NCBI GenBank assembly: GCA_032718475.1
Contig: JAUCBJ010005183.1
Location: forward strand, 1-54,876
Length of the DNA stretch: 54,876 bases
Reading direction: 5' to 3'
Origin: Nemertoderma westbladi
Taxonomy: Eukaryota > Animalia > Xenacoelomorpha
In this document: positions 1 to 13,164 of the stretch, piece by piece
How positions within the stretch are numbered: the stretch's first letter is position 1
How the letters are laid out: the number at the start of each line of letters is the position of its first letter
Made by a program: the position numbers and the translations under genes
Notes under the pieces: generated by a model
The model's input: only the letters and a program-made list of their open reading frames with translations
Database searches by the model: none
What the model was told of the DNA's origin: nothing

Positions 1-238
1 GGGGGTCTGTGTTTTGTACCTGGGGGGGTCTGTGTTTTGTACCTGGGGGGGTCTGTGTTTTGTACCTGGGGGGGTCTGTGTTTTGTACCTGGGGGGGTCT
101 GTGTTTTGTACCTGGGGGGGTCTGTGTTTTGTACCTGGGGGGGTCTGTGTTTTGTACCTGGGGGGGTCTGTGTTTTGTACCTGGGGGGGTCTGTGTTTTG
201 TACCTGGGGGTCTGGGGTCTTGGGTCTGTGTTTTGTAC
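1..238. repeat. 23-bp G-rich minisatellite (runs off window start)
   Basis: Tandem copies of gggggggtctgtgttttgtacct, degenerating after about 205. Confidence 0.95.
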
Positions 239-1025
239 ACAACCTAAGTTATCCGCACAACTTAGTATCTTGTGCGCACAACTTGACAACTTATATATAT
301 ACTGTATATACTCGCGCACATAAGCGCAAACCAGACTTGCTGGCATTTATTAATAAAATTGTGACAACTATGCGATTATACGGTTACACTATTATAACAT
401 CTTAGTAAAAAACAATCAGGATAAATATCACCACTAAATTATTAAATAAAATATATGTCATTAGTTGGCTAAAATAAAGCTTAAATTAAAATTGCATCAA
501 TAATTATACAATCAATGTGGGGTACGGTTAATATAGCATAGGGACGGGACGACACGTTATAATAAATATTAATACAAATTATTATTGCGACAGTATACGT
601 TTGTGTACCGTACGGTTCGAATTAACACCAATTGAGAGTAGGCCTATGCACTAAAGGAACAAACTTAAAATCCGTAAAATTGTAGTATTCTATTATGTTT
701 ACTTTTAAATGTTACTCCATGCAGATCATAGCAATTCTTTACGAAATTAGCACAAATTATGTCGTCAAGTGAGTTATTGCCAGTTTGGAATCCTGTCATG
801 AGCTCGTCTGTAGGTGCTCATAAGGCCCCTGTATAACGTGTGGGATATTGCGTTATCCAAAGCGATATATCGGAAGCTAGTTTGTAAGGTGAATATAGGG
901 CATCTAAGTATATGCAATGATGTGGAAACCGCGCTACGATAGGCCATGGTGCTAAGAGGCAACATGGTCAGGATCAGGAGCTCGTATAATGTGTCGTTGT
1001 TCATATAGACTCCAACGTGCAGAAG

Positions 1026-1433
1026 TCTTGTGCTCACAACTTATAGCTAAGTTGTGCGCACAACATATTAAGTTGTGCGCACAACATATTAAGTTGTGCG
1101 CATAACTTAGTAAGTTGTGCGCACAAAATACCGGTACTAAGTTGTGCGCACAAGATACCGGTACTAAGTTGTGCGCACAAGATACCGGTACTAAGTTGTG
1201 CGCACAAGATACCGGTACTAAGTTGTGCGCACAAGATACCGGTACTAAGTTGTGCGCACAAGATATCAGTACTAAGTTGTGCGCACAAGATACCCGTACT
1301 AAGTTGTGCGCTCAAGATACGGTACTAAATTGTGCGCACAAGATAATACATAATACTAAATTGTGCGCACAAGATAATAAGTTGTGCGCACAAGGTACCA
1401 AGTTGTGCGCACAAGATACCAAGTTGTGCGCAA
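1026..1433. repeat. Minisatellite of 21-27-bp units built on the palindrome TTGTGCGCACAA
   Basis: Units aagttgtgcgcacaacatatt and aagttgtgcgcacaagataccggtact. Inverted copies at about 245-285 suggest subterminal repeats of a non-autonomous DNA transposon. Confidence 0.85.
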
Positions 1434-2262
1434 TACTTCGGAAAAAAAATATATTTTCCCAAATGTACCACCTTTAGGGGCTCCGTACCGTACACATATG
1501 CTATAGCTATAGGCCTAGACAATATATTACGTGGTTAAAAAACCGTGGTTATGTAATTATTTTTAAAATGCAACTAATCCTAGATGGATGGTTTTCAAGC
1601 GCCCAAAATTTTATCATTTGTGCACAATGCTGGAATGGGTATAGGTTTATGAAACGACTGAATGTCCTAAATTTTGATAAGGGCTCATCTTAAAAATTAT
1701 TTTCTAACAATAAAGTTTTTTCCACATTTTTGACCTAAATTTGACACTTTTTGACATTTATTTTAATAAACAAAACAAAATTAATTAAGTGGTTATAGGG
1801 GGTGTAAAGCATCACCCAGTCAACATTCACGCAAAATCTCTACTGAATTCCTTCATTTTTGGAAAAGTCTTAGCTATTTGAAATTTATAAATCGCATTCG
1901 CCAGAAAATGCATTATACTGTAAGTTTATAGTTATATGGTAATGCTAGAATGCACACAACCCACCTAAAAATAACTTTACGTCCGTGCAGTTTTCTCATT
2001 TGACAGCGTTATATCTTCTTCAATTGCTGTCTGTCTGTCCTTCAAAATATAACCGACAGCTGAACAGACAAACAGATGGTTGCCTGCCATCAAACATGAA
2101 GGCTGATATCGGAAATTAAATCACCAATCATGAAAACCCCATAACAAAATGTTTTGCAAGTTGTTATGGATTCTTTCATATTACTTTGACAGACATATTG
2201 CTGGACAAACAGACAAACTGACATATATACAATCATACTATGGAAGTTAGGACAATTGCGAC

Positions 2263-2754
2263 CCGGTGTAACAGAGAATTTTCACTCCCCATGCAAAATC
2301 TCCCCCCGGTTAAATTTCCCCAATGTATTTTAAACCCCTCCAGTAAAAACTTACCCGTTCATTTATCAATTTTCACTCTGTGCAAATCCATCTCCGGTTA
2401 AATTCCCTAGTGTATTCTCACACCCGGTGTATTTTTTTTGTATCTTCTACAGTACTTTACTATTATACAGTACACATCTCCAGCGTGTGTATGTCTGTGT
2501 ACTAGAGGTATCTCTATCTGTGGTCTTAACTGTAGGCTTATATCGAATTTAAATTATATTGAAATCTAAAATATCATGGTGGTAAGAATACACTGAGGGG
2601 GGCTAAATTTCACTAAAAAATCACCCAGAGTAGTGTCACTCCTGGTTAAAATACCATAGAGAATTCTAACCGGGGGGTGAAAATACACTAGTAAATTTTA
2701 ACCGGGGGGGGGGGGGGGGAATTTTTAGGGGGTAGAAATTCTCTGATACACCGG
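2263..2754. mobile_element. MITE with 19-bp TIRs and 11-bp target duplication (MULE-like)
   Basis: TIRs ccggtgtaacagagaattt / aaattctctgatacaccgg (1 mismatch). Flanked by direct repeat acaattgcgac at 2252-2262 and 2755-2765. Confidence 0.8.
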
Positions 2755-2815
2755 ACAATTGCGACCCGATCATAAATAAATACTTACCGGTACAACATTG
2801 TATGGATTTCAAATA

Positions 2816-3735
2816 CACCGTGACCCGTAACATAGTGTCATTTTCTCATGACACGGACCCCCCCCCCCCCCCCCCAAAAAAAAAAAATTTCTACAAATCT
2901 TTATCATATTGCTTGAAATTTGAAACACCACTAGTTCCACTCACCGTGGTTGTTACCATGAAGCCGGAATTTTCGATTTCGCCTTTAAATTTTATTCATA
3001 AGCGTTTTAAAAAAGTGTCTTTTTCGAAATCGCACCCTCCGTATCGTGGCCAGTCTTCACTTTAGTCGTAATTTTTTAATATCAATAGAAAGCTTGCGTT
3101 GAAAGGATTCTAAATATGTAACAATGTCTGAATTTCGTTGAGAAACAGCTGAGAAATAGGCACTCAAAGATTGCAAGAATTATTGTTCACTGCAGGCCAT
3201 TTATTCTATTTAATAAATACACAATATTCTGGAACAATTTGTTTATGTATGATTAGCTATGTAATATAGATATCGTATAGGCATTCCGCTGTTGCCAACC
3301 AACTCATAAAATAAACAACACGTTCTAGAATATTGTGTATTTATTAAATAGAATAAATGCCTTACAGCGAACAATAATTCTTGCAATCTTTAAACGCTTA
3401 TTTCTCAGCTGTTTCTCAATGAAATTCAGATATTGCTACATATTTGGAATCCTTTCAACGCAAGCTTTCTATTGATATGAAAAAAATTACGACTAAAGTG
3501 AAGAATGGCCACGATACGGAGGGTGCGATTTCGAAAAAGACACTTTTTTAAAAAGCTTATGAATAAAATTTAAAGGCGAAATCGAAAATTCCGGCTTCAT
3601 GGTAACAGCCACGGTGAGTTGAACTAGTTGTGTTTCCAATTTCAAGCAATTTGATAAAGATTTGTAGAAAAATTTGGGGGGGGGGGGGGGGGGTCCGTGT
3701 CATTAGAAAATGACACTATATTACGGGTCATAGTG
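2816..3735. mobile_element. Fold-back non-autonomous DNA transposon with about 420-bp inverted arms
   Basis: 2816-~3235 is the reverse complement of ~3322-3735 with scattered mismatches. Ends are CAC...GTG flanked by TA. Confidence 0.85.
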
Positions 3736-5298
3736 TATATTATACAGCATCAATAGCTACAGTAGTTAAAAAATAATGCTTGAACAATGTTAACAATTAA
3801 TATATGTAGGTGCCAAAACAATTAATTTGAATTCTAAGCATTCCAGAATATCTAAAATTGCACATAATGTAGGGCCAATCGCTCCCTTTTGTTCAAATGT
3901 AGTTACTGTAATTCAATGTAGCTATAGTAATGAAATGTAGCTACAGTAATTATAATATAATTACTGTAGCTATAGTAATAAAATGTAGCTACAGTAATTA
4001 TAATATAATTAGTAAAATTAATATAAAAAGCATTCCAGAATATAACATTGCGAATAATGTAGTCACTATTTTAAAATGTAGCTACAGTAAATTAGATGTA
4101 GCTAGCTACCCGTACAATTTCGAACCAGCAAATTTAATAAAATCATGGGTCACAACCACTAGAGTAAAGCCACCTACGATCAGCATTTAAATCATTTTAA
4201 CCCTTTACTAACCTGCATAATCTATTAACAAGCATGTGTTAACTTGTGTTGTTCCCGGTAATTCTACCAATAACAATTCATCACAATCTGTTACTTAGCA
4301 ACAAAGAAATACATGAAAATATTATTGAATTATAGATGCGGTTTCTATAACACTAATTTTAATTAGTGTATTCCAGAATACAAACAGTGAGCAAGTATAA
4401 TATTACCGCTAAACATAATAAAACATTTAGCGCATCAGCATTTATTCGATATAGCCACGTTAACATCCGCTACTGCTACGATAATATTGCACATACTTGC
4501 GTGCTACTAGTGAGTTATACATCCCGAAATTAATAAGATTTCGCCATTGATTAATTAAAGGGGCAGTTCCGCCTATGGATACAGTAATATTTTTTCTGGT
4601 ACTTTCATACTAGCTAGTTTATTGCATTTTGTCTTTTAAATTATTCTATAACTTGTTAGCCATTGATTAAAATAATTAATCCAATTCTAGGACAAAAATA
4701 TTTGTTGTAGAACATATATTAACATGTTCAAGAACAATTATTTTTTGTTCCAGAACAATTTTCTTGCTTTCAAATTTTGCAATTATTTAAATGTTTTGAA
4801 CATGTTAGCTATATTTAAATGAAATTAATGTTCTGGAATAAACATTATTTGTTCTAGAAACTTTTTTGGAATTATAAGAACAAAATGTAGCCACGGGCGG
4901 AACGATACACCCATAAGAACGAAATCTACAAGAAAATAATTAAATAATAATATTAATAAACTTATGTATAACGCTATGTTCTTGGCGCTATAATACATTA
5001 CAATATTTACACTAATAACTAATTAATTTATATATTATTCACTGCTAATGTTAAAATAATGAACGTATTAATTATTTTCTTAAACATTTCTAAGAGCTCG
5101 AATTTACACACTCGAATTCACAACTAGTGGCAGCGCATTGTAATAAATAAATGTAGCCACAGGTGGAACTTTAATATCTATTTATAGTTATTAAGTTACA
5201 GTAGCCAACTTTTGTGAACTATACAAATTTTTACTTAAAGGACATTAGTAAGCGTGCCATAACTAACTTAGACCGCGCTAAAATATCCCTCACTCACA

Positions 5299-6674
5299 AT
5301 GATGGAACAAGATAATCTCGATGAGATGTTTGTTTCACTGAATGACGATTTAGTAACTATAGACGATGATTTCATCAATGATGAAGACCTGCGGCTCTCT
5401 CAAGAAATAGAAGATAAAAACTATATTACCACCAATAAAAATAGCAACACAAACGAGGCAACAAAGAGTGCAGTAGCAGCGCTAAAAAATTTCCTGCGTC
5501 TCATCAAATGCACCAAAGAAATAACATGTATGAGTATGGAGGAACTAGCATACCACACAAATAATTTCATTAAGAGATACAAAAAAAATCAGGAGAAAAA
5601 CTGGAAACCTCGACCCTTAGGAGTTACTTCTATGGCCTATTGCGTCATTACAAGGAACTATGTATTGGGAATGTCCTCGAGCTGAAAGAATTTAAAGACA
5701 CAAAGGCGGTGTTTCTTGCCAGGTTGTCGCAGCTCAAGGCCGATGGCAAGGGTAATAACCCAAATGCCAGCGACCCAATGGATACCCATGATTTTTCCAT
5801 CATGAAGTCAAGTGGGCAGCTGGGACATTCTACCCCACAGGTGTTGCGAAACACATTGTACGTTGTTTTAACAACACAATTTGGTTGCCGCCCTGGGTTA
5901 GAAATGAGAAACATGATGGTTGGTGATGTAAAGAAGTACTTGGACCAAAAGAAGGGTCTTCACTTCCTACAACTCAAAGAGCGAAATACTAAAACCAGAA
6001 AGGGTTCCACGCCAGGTAGAGTGGTTATCCCAAAGGCGTACGAGGTACCTACAGACCGCGATGTATGTCCCGTGTTCTTGCACGAAAAATACATGGAGAA
6101 ACGGTACCCCAACGGGAAAATAATAGACGAAGACCCCTATTGGGTTCGCCCGAATCCCAATCTACCTAAGGATGGCGCATCATGGTTTTGCAACCAGCCC
6201 GTTAGGAAGAATACCTTCGGTCAGATAATGAAAGATGTTGTAAAACGCTCTGGAATCAACACGGATGGTCGCAAGATCACTCCGATGTCATATAGGAAGA
6301 CAACTGCTCAAGCTATTGTTGACCAACATCTACCAGCGACATATGCCCAGAAACAACTTGGCCATTCTAGTTTGGCCACGACATCCCGTTACATCGACGC
6401 TATTGGAACGGCACAGTACAGTGTGAGCAACGCCCTCTCAAACGTTATATCTGGCGGCGAAATTGCCTTAGATGCGGATAACAACACCACGACATTGCCT
6501 CAAGCTATGATGGCTTCCACCGCATCGACCGCTACTACTTCCTTATAAACGACTACCACGGTACAGTGTACTGATGGCTCTATAGAGTGGACCATGGACT
6601 CCATTTTTAGCAACAATAAGTTCTTTGGGAACGTGAACGTATACGTTGGATCACACCAGAATACAAATAATTAG
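5299..6674 (+). pseudogene. Crypton-type tyrosine recombinase (DUF3504-like) with one frameshift and one premature stop
   Basis: ORFs 5299..5685 and 5640..6548 join if A8 at 5581-5588 is A9 (giving KKKSGEKLETSTLRSYFYGLLRHY). Motifs GCRPGLEMRNM, ERNTKTRKG, DVCPV, WFCNQPVRKNTF, ITPMSYRKT, QLGHSSLATTSRY give the YR R-K-(H)-R-H-Y arrangement. The frame continues past TAA 6546-6548 to IFSNNKFFGNVNVYV and TAG 6672-6674. No introns. Confidence 0.85.
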
Positions 6675-7233
6675 CTGCTGATACATCAACTATATATATA
6701 AATATATACTGTACAACATGCTAAATTTTAAATATCCAGTTATAACTGCCATTCATGATATATTTTAAAGTATGTTATTTATTTCATTACATAAAATATG
6801 AACCCATATGATTACATAGTATAACTTAACTAGATATTTGTAATATATTGCTTTTATTGACATTTCCACCCAAAATAACTCACCAATTTTTTAATCAACT
6901 CCCCCCAAACAAAACTCATTTTGAAGTATTTGAAATCTATCGTACGGGAACAATTAAGAGGGATAATGTCTAACAAAAAGTGTAACAACACAGTTATCCC
7001 TGTTAAATGTATTATTTTCCTATTGTTTAGCCCTCGGGTCAATAAATGTGTGAACCCTAGGTTTACACATAAATTTGTTTAGACCTAGGGCATACAATTA
7101 TACATGCACGCAGTTATAACCCCCCCAAAATTCCACGCCCCATTTTTAATCAACTCCCCCCAAACAAAACCCTTTTAGAAATGTTTAAAGTCTAGAATAG
7201 GGCAAACAATTAAAAAAAAGTGTAACAACACAG

Positions 7234-7311
7234 TTATTCCCTGTTAATTGTGTTGTTTTCCCTGTTGTTTAGGATAACAACAGGGAAAACAACACAATTA
7301 ACAGGGAATAA
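7234..7311. repeat. Perfect 36-bp-stem hairpin downstream of the recombinase gene
   Basis: ttattccctgttaattgtgttgttttccctgttgtt-(taggat)-aacaacagggaaaacaacacaattaacagggaataa. It sits at the end of an imperfect ~250-bp direct duplication (about 6885-7030 vs 7140-7270). Confidence 0.9.
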
Positions 7312-8276
7312 TTATTGTTAAATGTTTTGATTCATTCAATTCAGTTTCAGTTCTATATAAATTGAACTTTGTCGCCACCTAACGACGACTATACCAACCC
7401 GTATCTCTAACCTGATCCTCTACTTAAATGACTACCGGACGGTTCAAATACAATTAAATATTTATGTGTTTGTTCCATTGTCGTTTAAGATAGAACAATA
7501 ATTACAGCAAATAGGGCCTACAGGTATTGGAATTAAATAAAGCGTATTACAAACCACCATTGTAAACCACCAATCACGAGCGTTTGTTTCCGTTAATTTT
7601 TTTTGTAGATTATGATATAATAGACGACCACTGTCCTACTTACTGAGTGACAGTCACCCTCCAGACCAGACCCGTATGACACCTTTCCTTCAATAGCTTA
7701 GTTCTTTTTTCTTAATCCCGGTGAACCAGAGACCTACCCAGAGAATTATTTTGAAAAATACCGAAGACCATAGCCAGAGATCAGAGACTTTGCTTATTTT
7801 TGTTACATTTTGATTAGGCCCCTAAAGCACAAACAGGTACATGGATGGACTGAGAACTATTTTTCTATGGTTGAATTACAGTAAATCCAACCCATTTCAA
7901 CCCTTACAAATTGGAAGAAAATAAGCGCACGTACAGTTTGGGGGTTAAATAATATGAATTTGTTATTTGTTTATTAATTAGTAATTATTTCGATATTGTT
8001 AATTAATAATTACATTAATTACATACTTAATTTTATTATAAATTACATTAATTTGTTTTGCTACATATTAGGTACCGGTACTTTGCTAATTACGCATTTT
8101 TTTAACAATTTGTTCAAGTCATATACATTTCAACGTTCTATAAACTTGGTCATTTACGAATAGTTAGTGCACAAGTGTAGTACTCTACTCGCCGACTTTA
8201 CAATCTTCGTTACGCTCGTCCTATTCATTTGGTCGTCCTATTAATTATTATCTATCCTATAACAAGTTGTTGAGCT

Positions 8277-8400
8277 GGCGGGGTAGCTCAGTTGGTTGAG
8301 CGCCGGGCCTGCAATCTAATGGTTGTGGGTCCACTCGGCCTTTCATCCACTGAGGTCGATAAAATGAGTACTCAGTAAATTACTGGGAGCACCCTCGGGT
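8277..8400 (+). mobile_element. tRNA-derived SINE with Meta-like central domain
   Basis: A-box TAGCTCAGTTGG and a tRNA-like head with the B-box region deleted, then actcggcctttcatccactgaggtcgataaaatgagtac, which resembles the Meta/Sauria SINE core (recalled, not searched). Confidence 0.7.
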
Positions 8401-8869
8401 AGCAACTATCGAAAGAGAAGCCATCGGGTCGCCTACTGACTAAAGTTTATAATTTTGTTGAAGCGGTGTATTGAAAATATATAAAAATTAAAGTAATTAT
8501 TTATAGTAAAATAATTTGTGAAAAATAATCTTCATTTCACATTTTGTATTGTACAGGATCTATTTTTAAATATCTATTCCTAATTTGTAAAATCACTGAT
8601 CTCTGGGTAAAATGTCTGTTTTCAATACCCGGGACCGGGAACCAGAGACCTATCCGGAGACCAAAAAATAGCCCGGAGAATCCAGAGATCAGAGAACAGT
8701 TACAAGTCTCTGTTACAACTCTACTAACTACATTGCATAGAGGGAAGGAAGAGTTGGTTGGCTTAGCTTGGCTGGGTTGATCAAGGCCTCTCTCTCTCTC
8801 TCCCTGGCCACTCCATTGTGTTCACATTCCATTGATAGCTTGGTCTGTGTAAGTGCAGATCAACTGGTT

Positions 8870-8954
8870 GGAGTGCTCTGGTGTAATGGTTCTCTACGTG
8901 GTTGTATCTCTAGGTAGACGTCAGCATTGGCGGGTTCAAGTCTCCCTCACACTC
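8870..8954 (+). mobile_element. Degenerate tRNA-like sequence (SINE head or pseudo-tRNA)
   Basis: A-box TGGTGTAATGG, B-box GGTTCAAGTC, complementary ends gagtg...cactc. No clean anticodon arm. Confidence 0.5.
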
Positions 8955-9360
8955 GGGCGTCATGTCTCCCCACATGTGCTTTTTTTATATTAATTGATAT
9001 AATTTCAAAACGGCTGAACCAAAACTGGAAAACAATATATGGGAGTATAGTGCAATAATTAGTCAACACATGCTGTGAATTACAATTAACATACCGGTAC
9101 AGTAAAATAAGGATGCGAATTTTCATTCGTTGTAAAGGGCAAAAATTTACTTTTGAACCCAGAAAACGATTATTGACAATAAAACAAAAAATTACCAAAA
9201 GGTAATAAAACATTGTTGCGCGGGTGTACAGTAGCCAACATGTATTTAGTATTTTACACATTTTTGTGTGGTATTGTTAAATAATTTACAATAGTTTTTG
9301 AGTTATTAAAAAAAATCAAGTCTCCCCTAAAGTCAAGTCTCTCTCACACACTCTCTCACC

Positions 9361-10181
9361 CAGGACGTTTCGGCCCTGACGATTCGGCCCGGACGTTTCG
9401 GCCCGGACGATTCGGCCTGGACGTTTCAGTGTCGAAGTTTCGGCTCATGGTTGACAATGAATGAAAAGACCAGGTATATACTTTAATCACAATAATTATT
9501 CATTAAAATTATAATTATAATTTTCACAATAAGCTACTGTATAACACAATAACATACGTTTATTTCATAATTAATAGAAATTCAAACACAATCATTATTA
9601 TTCACAATTATAAAAATAACAGTATACAGTATAACCAATAAGATGTATTTCTTTTTATTCAGGAATAACATTTTTATCTGCCAGACTAAACCCAATGGCT
9701 TCCATGAAGTTTTGTATGGAACGAGCGCCGGTTGCCCTTTGCTGAGTGATCGTTCGCAAACGCTTATGTAAAGCTTCGATCTTAACAAACTTCCTAATAG
9801 GTGGATCAGTTCCCACCGATAACTGTGCCAGTAAGGTTTCGACTTCAGCTTGCTTGGCTTGTAGTGAACTCAGCAATTCAGAGAATGTGAAATTATCTTC
9901 GTAGATTTATAAAATGGAGAGGAGGTTTGGTTCATAACATCCTGTCTAAATTGCGCAACCGAAATATCTGTCTCATCAGTGTGGTAGTCCTTCGAGTGGC
10001 CATTTAATTCACTGGGGTCAGAATGATCAAATATAGTTCTAGAAGATCCAAAACACTTTGGCCTATTCACACAGCGCCAAACGAACGAGGTTTCGGATTT
10101 AACCTTTATACTATAAAACTTGTTGTTAAAATTAAGTTTGGCTTGTTTCCTTTTCGTAAGGAGAGGTGATGATGATGACAT
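9361..10181 (-). mobile_element. Internally deleted FLYWCH/Mutator-like transposon
   Basis: ORF 9870..10181 has a FLYWCH-like start (TKRKQAKLNFNNKFY...VWRCVNRPKC...H). ORF 9655..9876 resembles a MULE transposase C-terminus (LQAKQAEVETLLAQL...PPIRKFV...RL...FMEAIGFSL). The DDE core is absent. 15-bp subterminal repeats ggacg(t/a)ttcggcc at 9361-9445. Confidence 0.65.
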
Positions 10182-13164
10182 ATTTAAAATAGTTGAAGAG
10201 CATAAAAATTGAAGTTAAATAAAATAATTCAAAATAAAATATAAAATAATTGATTTAAAATTGCAACAATACAGTATCTTTCTATATAGGAGGTTAATTA
10301 AAATAATCCATTAACTAAAAAAAGTGATAGCGATTTTACAAGTTGTGACTGTATGACCTCTTTGTTATAAGGCCCATTAATAACATAGAAGCCCATTTCT
10401 CCAACAGCAGATACTATATTGCGCAGTATAATAGCGATTGGGGATCAAACAGTTTAATTAATTAAAATAATGAATGTGTGAGTTGAGTGTGAATGACCTA
10501 CTGTACATATTGCAAAGTGTAATAATTAATTACTGCAAGAATGCAAAACTCAATTTGATTTATTTATGGGATTGATTGACTCTTTGGGCCAAAACGTCCG
10601 ACAAGCAAATATGACTCAGATAATGAGGAGATATTAAGACATGTATTAGGAAATAAAAATAAATTGCAGAAAATAATCAGACAATTGAATGAAATGCAGA
10701 AACATTCGCATAAGGAGAGTGATAATGATGGAAATGAGAGTGATGAGGATGAATCGGAGGAGAGTAATGATGGTAGTGTAGAAGAAGCAGAGGAGAATGA
10801 CAATGAAAATGGACAGAAAATCAGATTAGGGAATGGAAAAGTTATATCACCAGCAATTGTTGTATATCGACCTAGGCGTATGAACAGTCGTACAGTTAAT
10901 GCGAGACATTAATTATAACTGATTATTTGAAATATTTATTATATTTAGTCGTATGAATTATGTGATTTCATAATAATATGTTTAATTAGACAAATAAAGT
11001 CAACCTGCTCCTATTGTAAATGCATAATGAATGGGTAACCAAAACATCAAATTAGTTAAACATTTTGACAAGAGATAAACAAATGTTCTCCTTTACAAGG
11101 TTGATTTGAGATGTGGGAAGAAGTGGTGTGCTGGAGAAGTGGCTGAGGGTGAGGGTGAGGCTGAGGGTGAGGTTGAGGCTGAGGGTGAGGCCGTGGTTGG
11201 AGGAATTAAGTTTATTATCATAGTTTGTTCTTTGGTAGTGTCCATCGTGAAGATAGTAGCAGGCACGGAATATAAAGTGAGCGAAGTTTGCTGAAATTAG
11301 AACGGGTTGGTTTAAAGTTGTATTTATCGTTAACGGAAAGAGTTTGTTTGACGAATCGAAATAGAAGCCAAACGAGTTGTCTAGTAGCGTATACTGATTC
11401 TCGCTGCAAACCATCTCATTGTTTGAATAGCTGATCTCCATAGTGGTATTGTGAAATTTTAGTTTGACTCGTTTTATGAAATAAATAAATACTTTTAAGA
11501 AAAATAATTCAAACTTTTTAACAATACAAATTAAAACATTCCCCAATGGGACAATCTAAGTTAATAATTCACTGCTTCTTTGCTAAAATTTTAGGAATAT
11601 ATAACCACAACCAGCTCTGTTAAATCAGATGGAACCGGTTTACCTTATCATGTGATGGTTATTGAGAAATGTTGCTGGTTGAGATAGACTCGGTAAGACA
11701 TGAAACAGGTAAGTCTTGGTGGGATAAATATTTCTCCATTTGACGCAACACCGCCGCGGCCGCTATGAGGGAGGTGAATACCGCGGCCGCTCCTAAAGCC
11801 GCAGGCCATCGCTAACTATATAGGTTAACTTGGGATTCTGGGGGACTTTTCGATGAAGGAACAGACCAAATTTTTTTATTTTCTCACCAGGGGAGCGGCT
11901 CGGAATTCTAAGATATTAGCAACTCTAACATTATTAAATCTAACCCTTCGACGGACACGGCGGACAAAAATCCGTCATTTTTTCGACAATTTTAAAATTT
12001 TTTTGAAAGGCGCTCTACAGTGGCTCGAAAAAACCCTAGGTTATTGCTTAGCCGACGCCGGGATACGATAGAAGGGATTAATTAGTGAATTCGTTTTTTT
12101 TTTCAAAAAAGATTACCACGCCTTTTTTCCGAAAATGTCCGTCAAAGTTGAAAAAACGGACAAAATGACTTTGCGGGATCCGCTATAACTCGGCTAATAT
12201 TAATCGTACGGGAACGAAAGTAACGCGGTTGGAAAGGGGAAGAGTGGTACTACCTTCGTATCGAATGGGGGTAAGATATTTATTAAAATTTCGGGTGGAA
12301 AAAGGGGCTGTAACTTTGTACGTTTTTGTCCGTCTTTTTTGGAAAACTTATTTCCGAAATGTTTAATTCGACAACGCGGGTAGGAATCCACTAATTCTTT
12401 TATGAAACTCGTAGAAGACCATTATTGGGGCTACGTTCCTATCGAATGGGGGTACAAAAAATATGTCGGCAATAGGGGCCAAAAAGGGCCAGAATTTGTA
12501 AAGTAGTTTTTATCGAATAATTTTTTATTTTTAACTTTAGTTGGTTAAGGTACATTCTATACAGTCAATATCCATACGGGGAATTCAAATATGCTATCGG
12601 TTTTGCTCCAAGGATGATATTAAAAAAATGAGGGCCAAAATTATAATTTCGCGCTTCAAACTTGCTTCGCGGGAAATCGTCTAGCTCGAAAACTACTTAA
12701 CTTACGGGAGATTTGTTTACACAGACTTATAGTGCGTTAAATTATCTATCTAACAGCGTTAATCACAGCGACGGAGGTATTATAAAACTGGAGCGGCAGG
12801 CGATCGTGTGAAATATAATATTTATAAAAAGGGACGAAACATTTTTTTTTTAACAAATCGCTATTCCATTATAATTTAGCGTATTGCGCCAAAAGTACCT
12901 GTAAAAAGTATCAAATTAACTCCGCTATCTTTTATCTTAACATATATAATTAAAATTACGAATTTTAAGGGTCGAAAAATATCGCGTTATTTTGGCCCTT
13001 TTTTTTAATTTTTTTGGGGCCAAAAATAACCCCTTCTCAAAAGATTAAGAAAAAAATTACGGCAAAGAATATACCAATTTTATTGAATTTGGACCACCAG
13101 AACCGAAGTCAGAGCGATTTTAGTGAAAAAATAAAAATAATTTTTTTTGCAAAAAAATTAAGAA

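Noticed and set aside
9-405. Overlapping Cys/Gly-rich ORFs
   Set aside because: Translations of the 23-bp minisatellite in three frames.
1034-1522. LCAQ-repeat ORFs on both strands
   Set aside because: By-product of stop-free palindromic repeats whose unit lengths are multiples of three.
5640-6548. Phage integrase or bacterial contamination
   Set aside because: Motifs (CPV, WF..QPV.KNT, KTRKG) fit eukaryotic Crypton/DUF3504 and the flanks are eukaryotic repeats.
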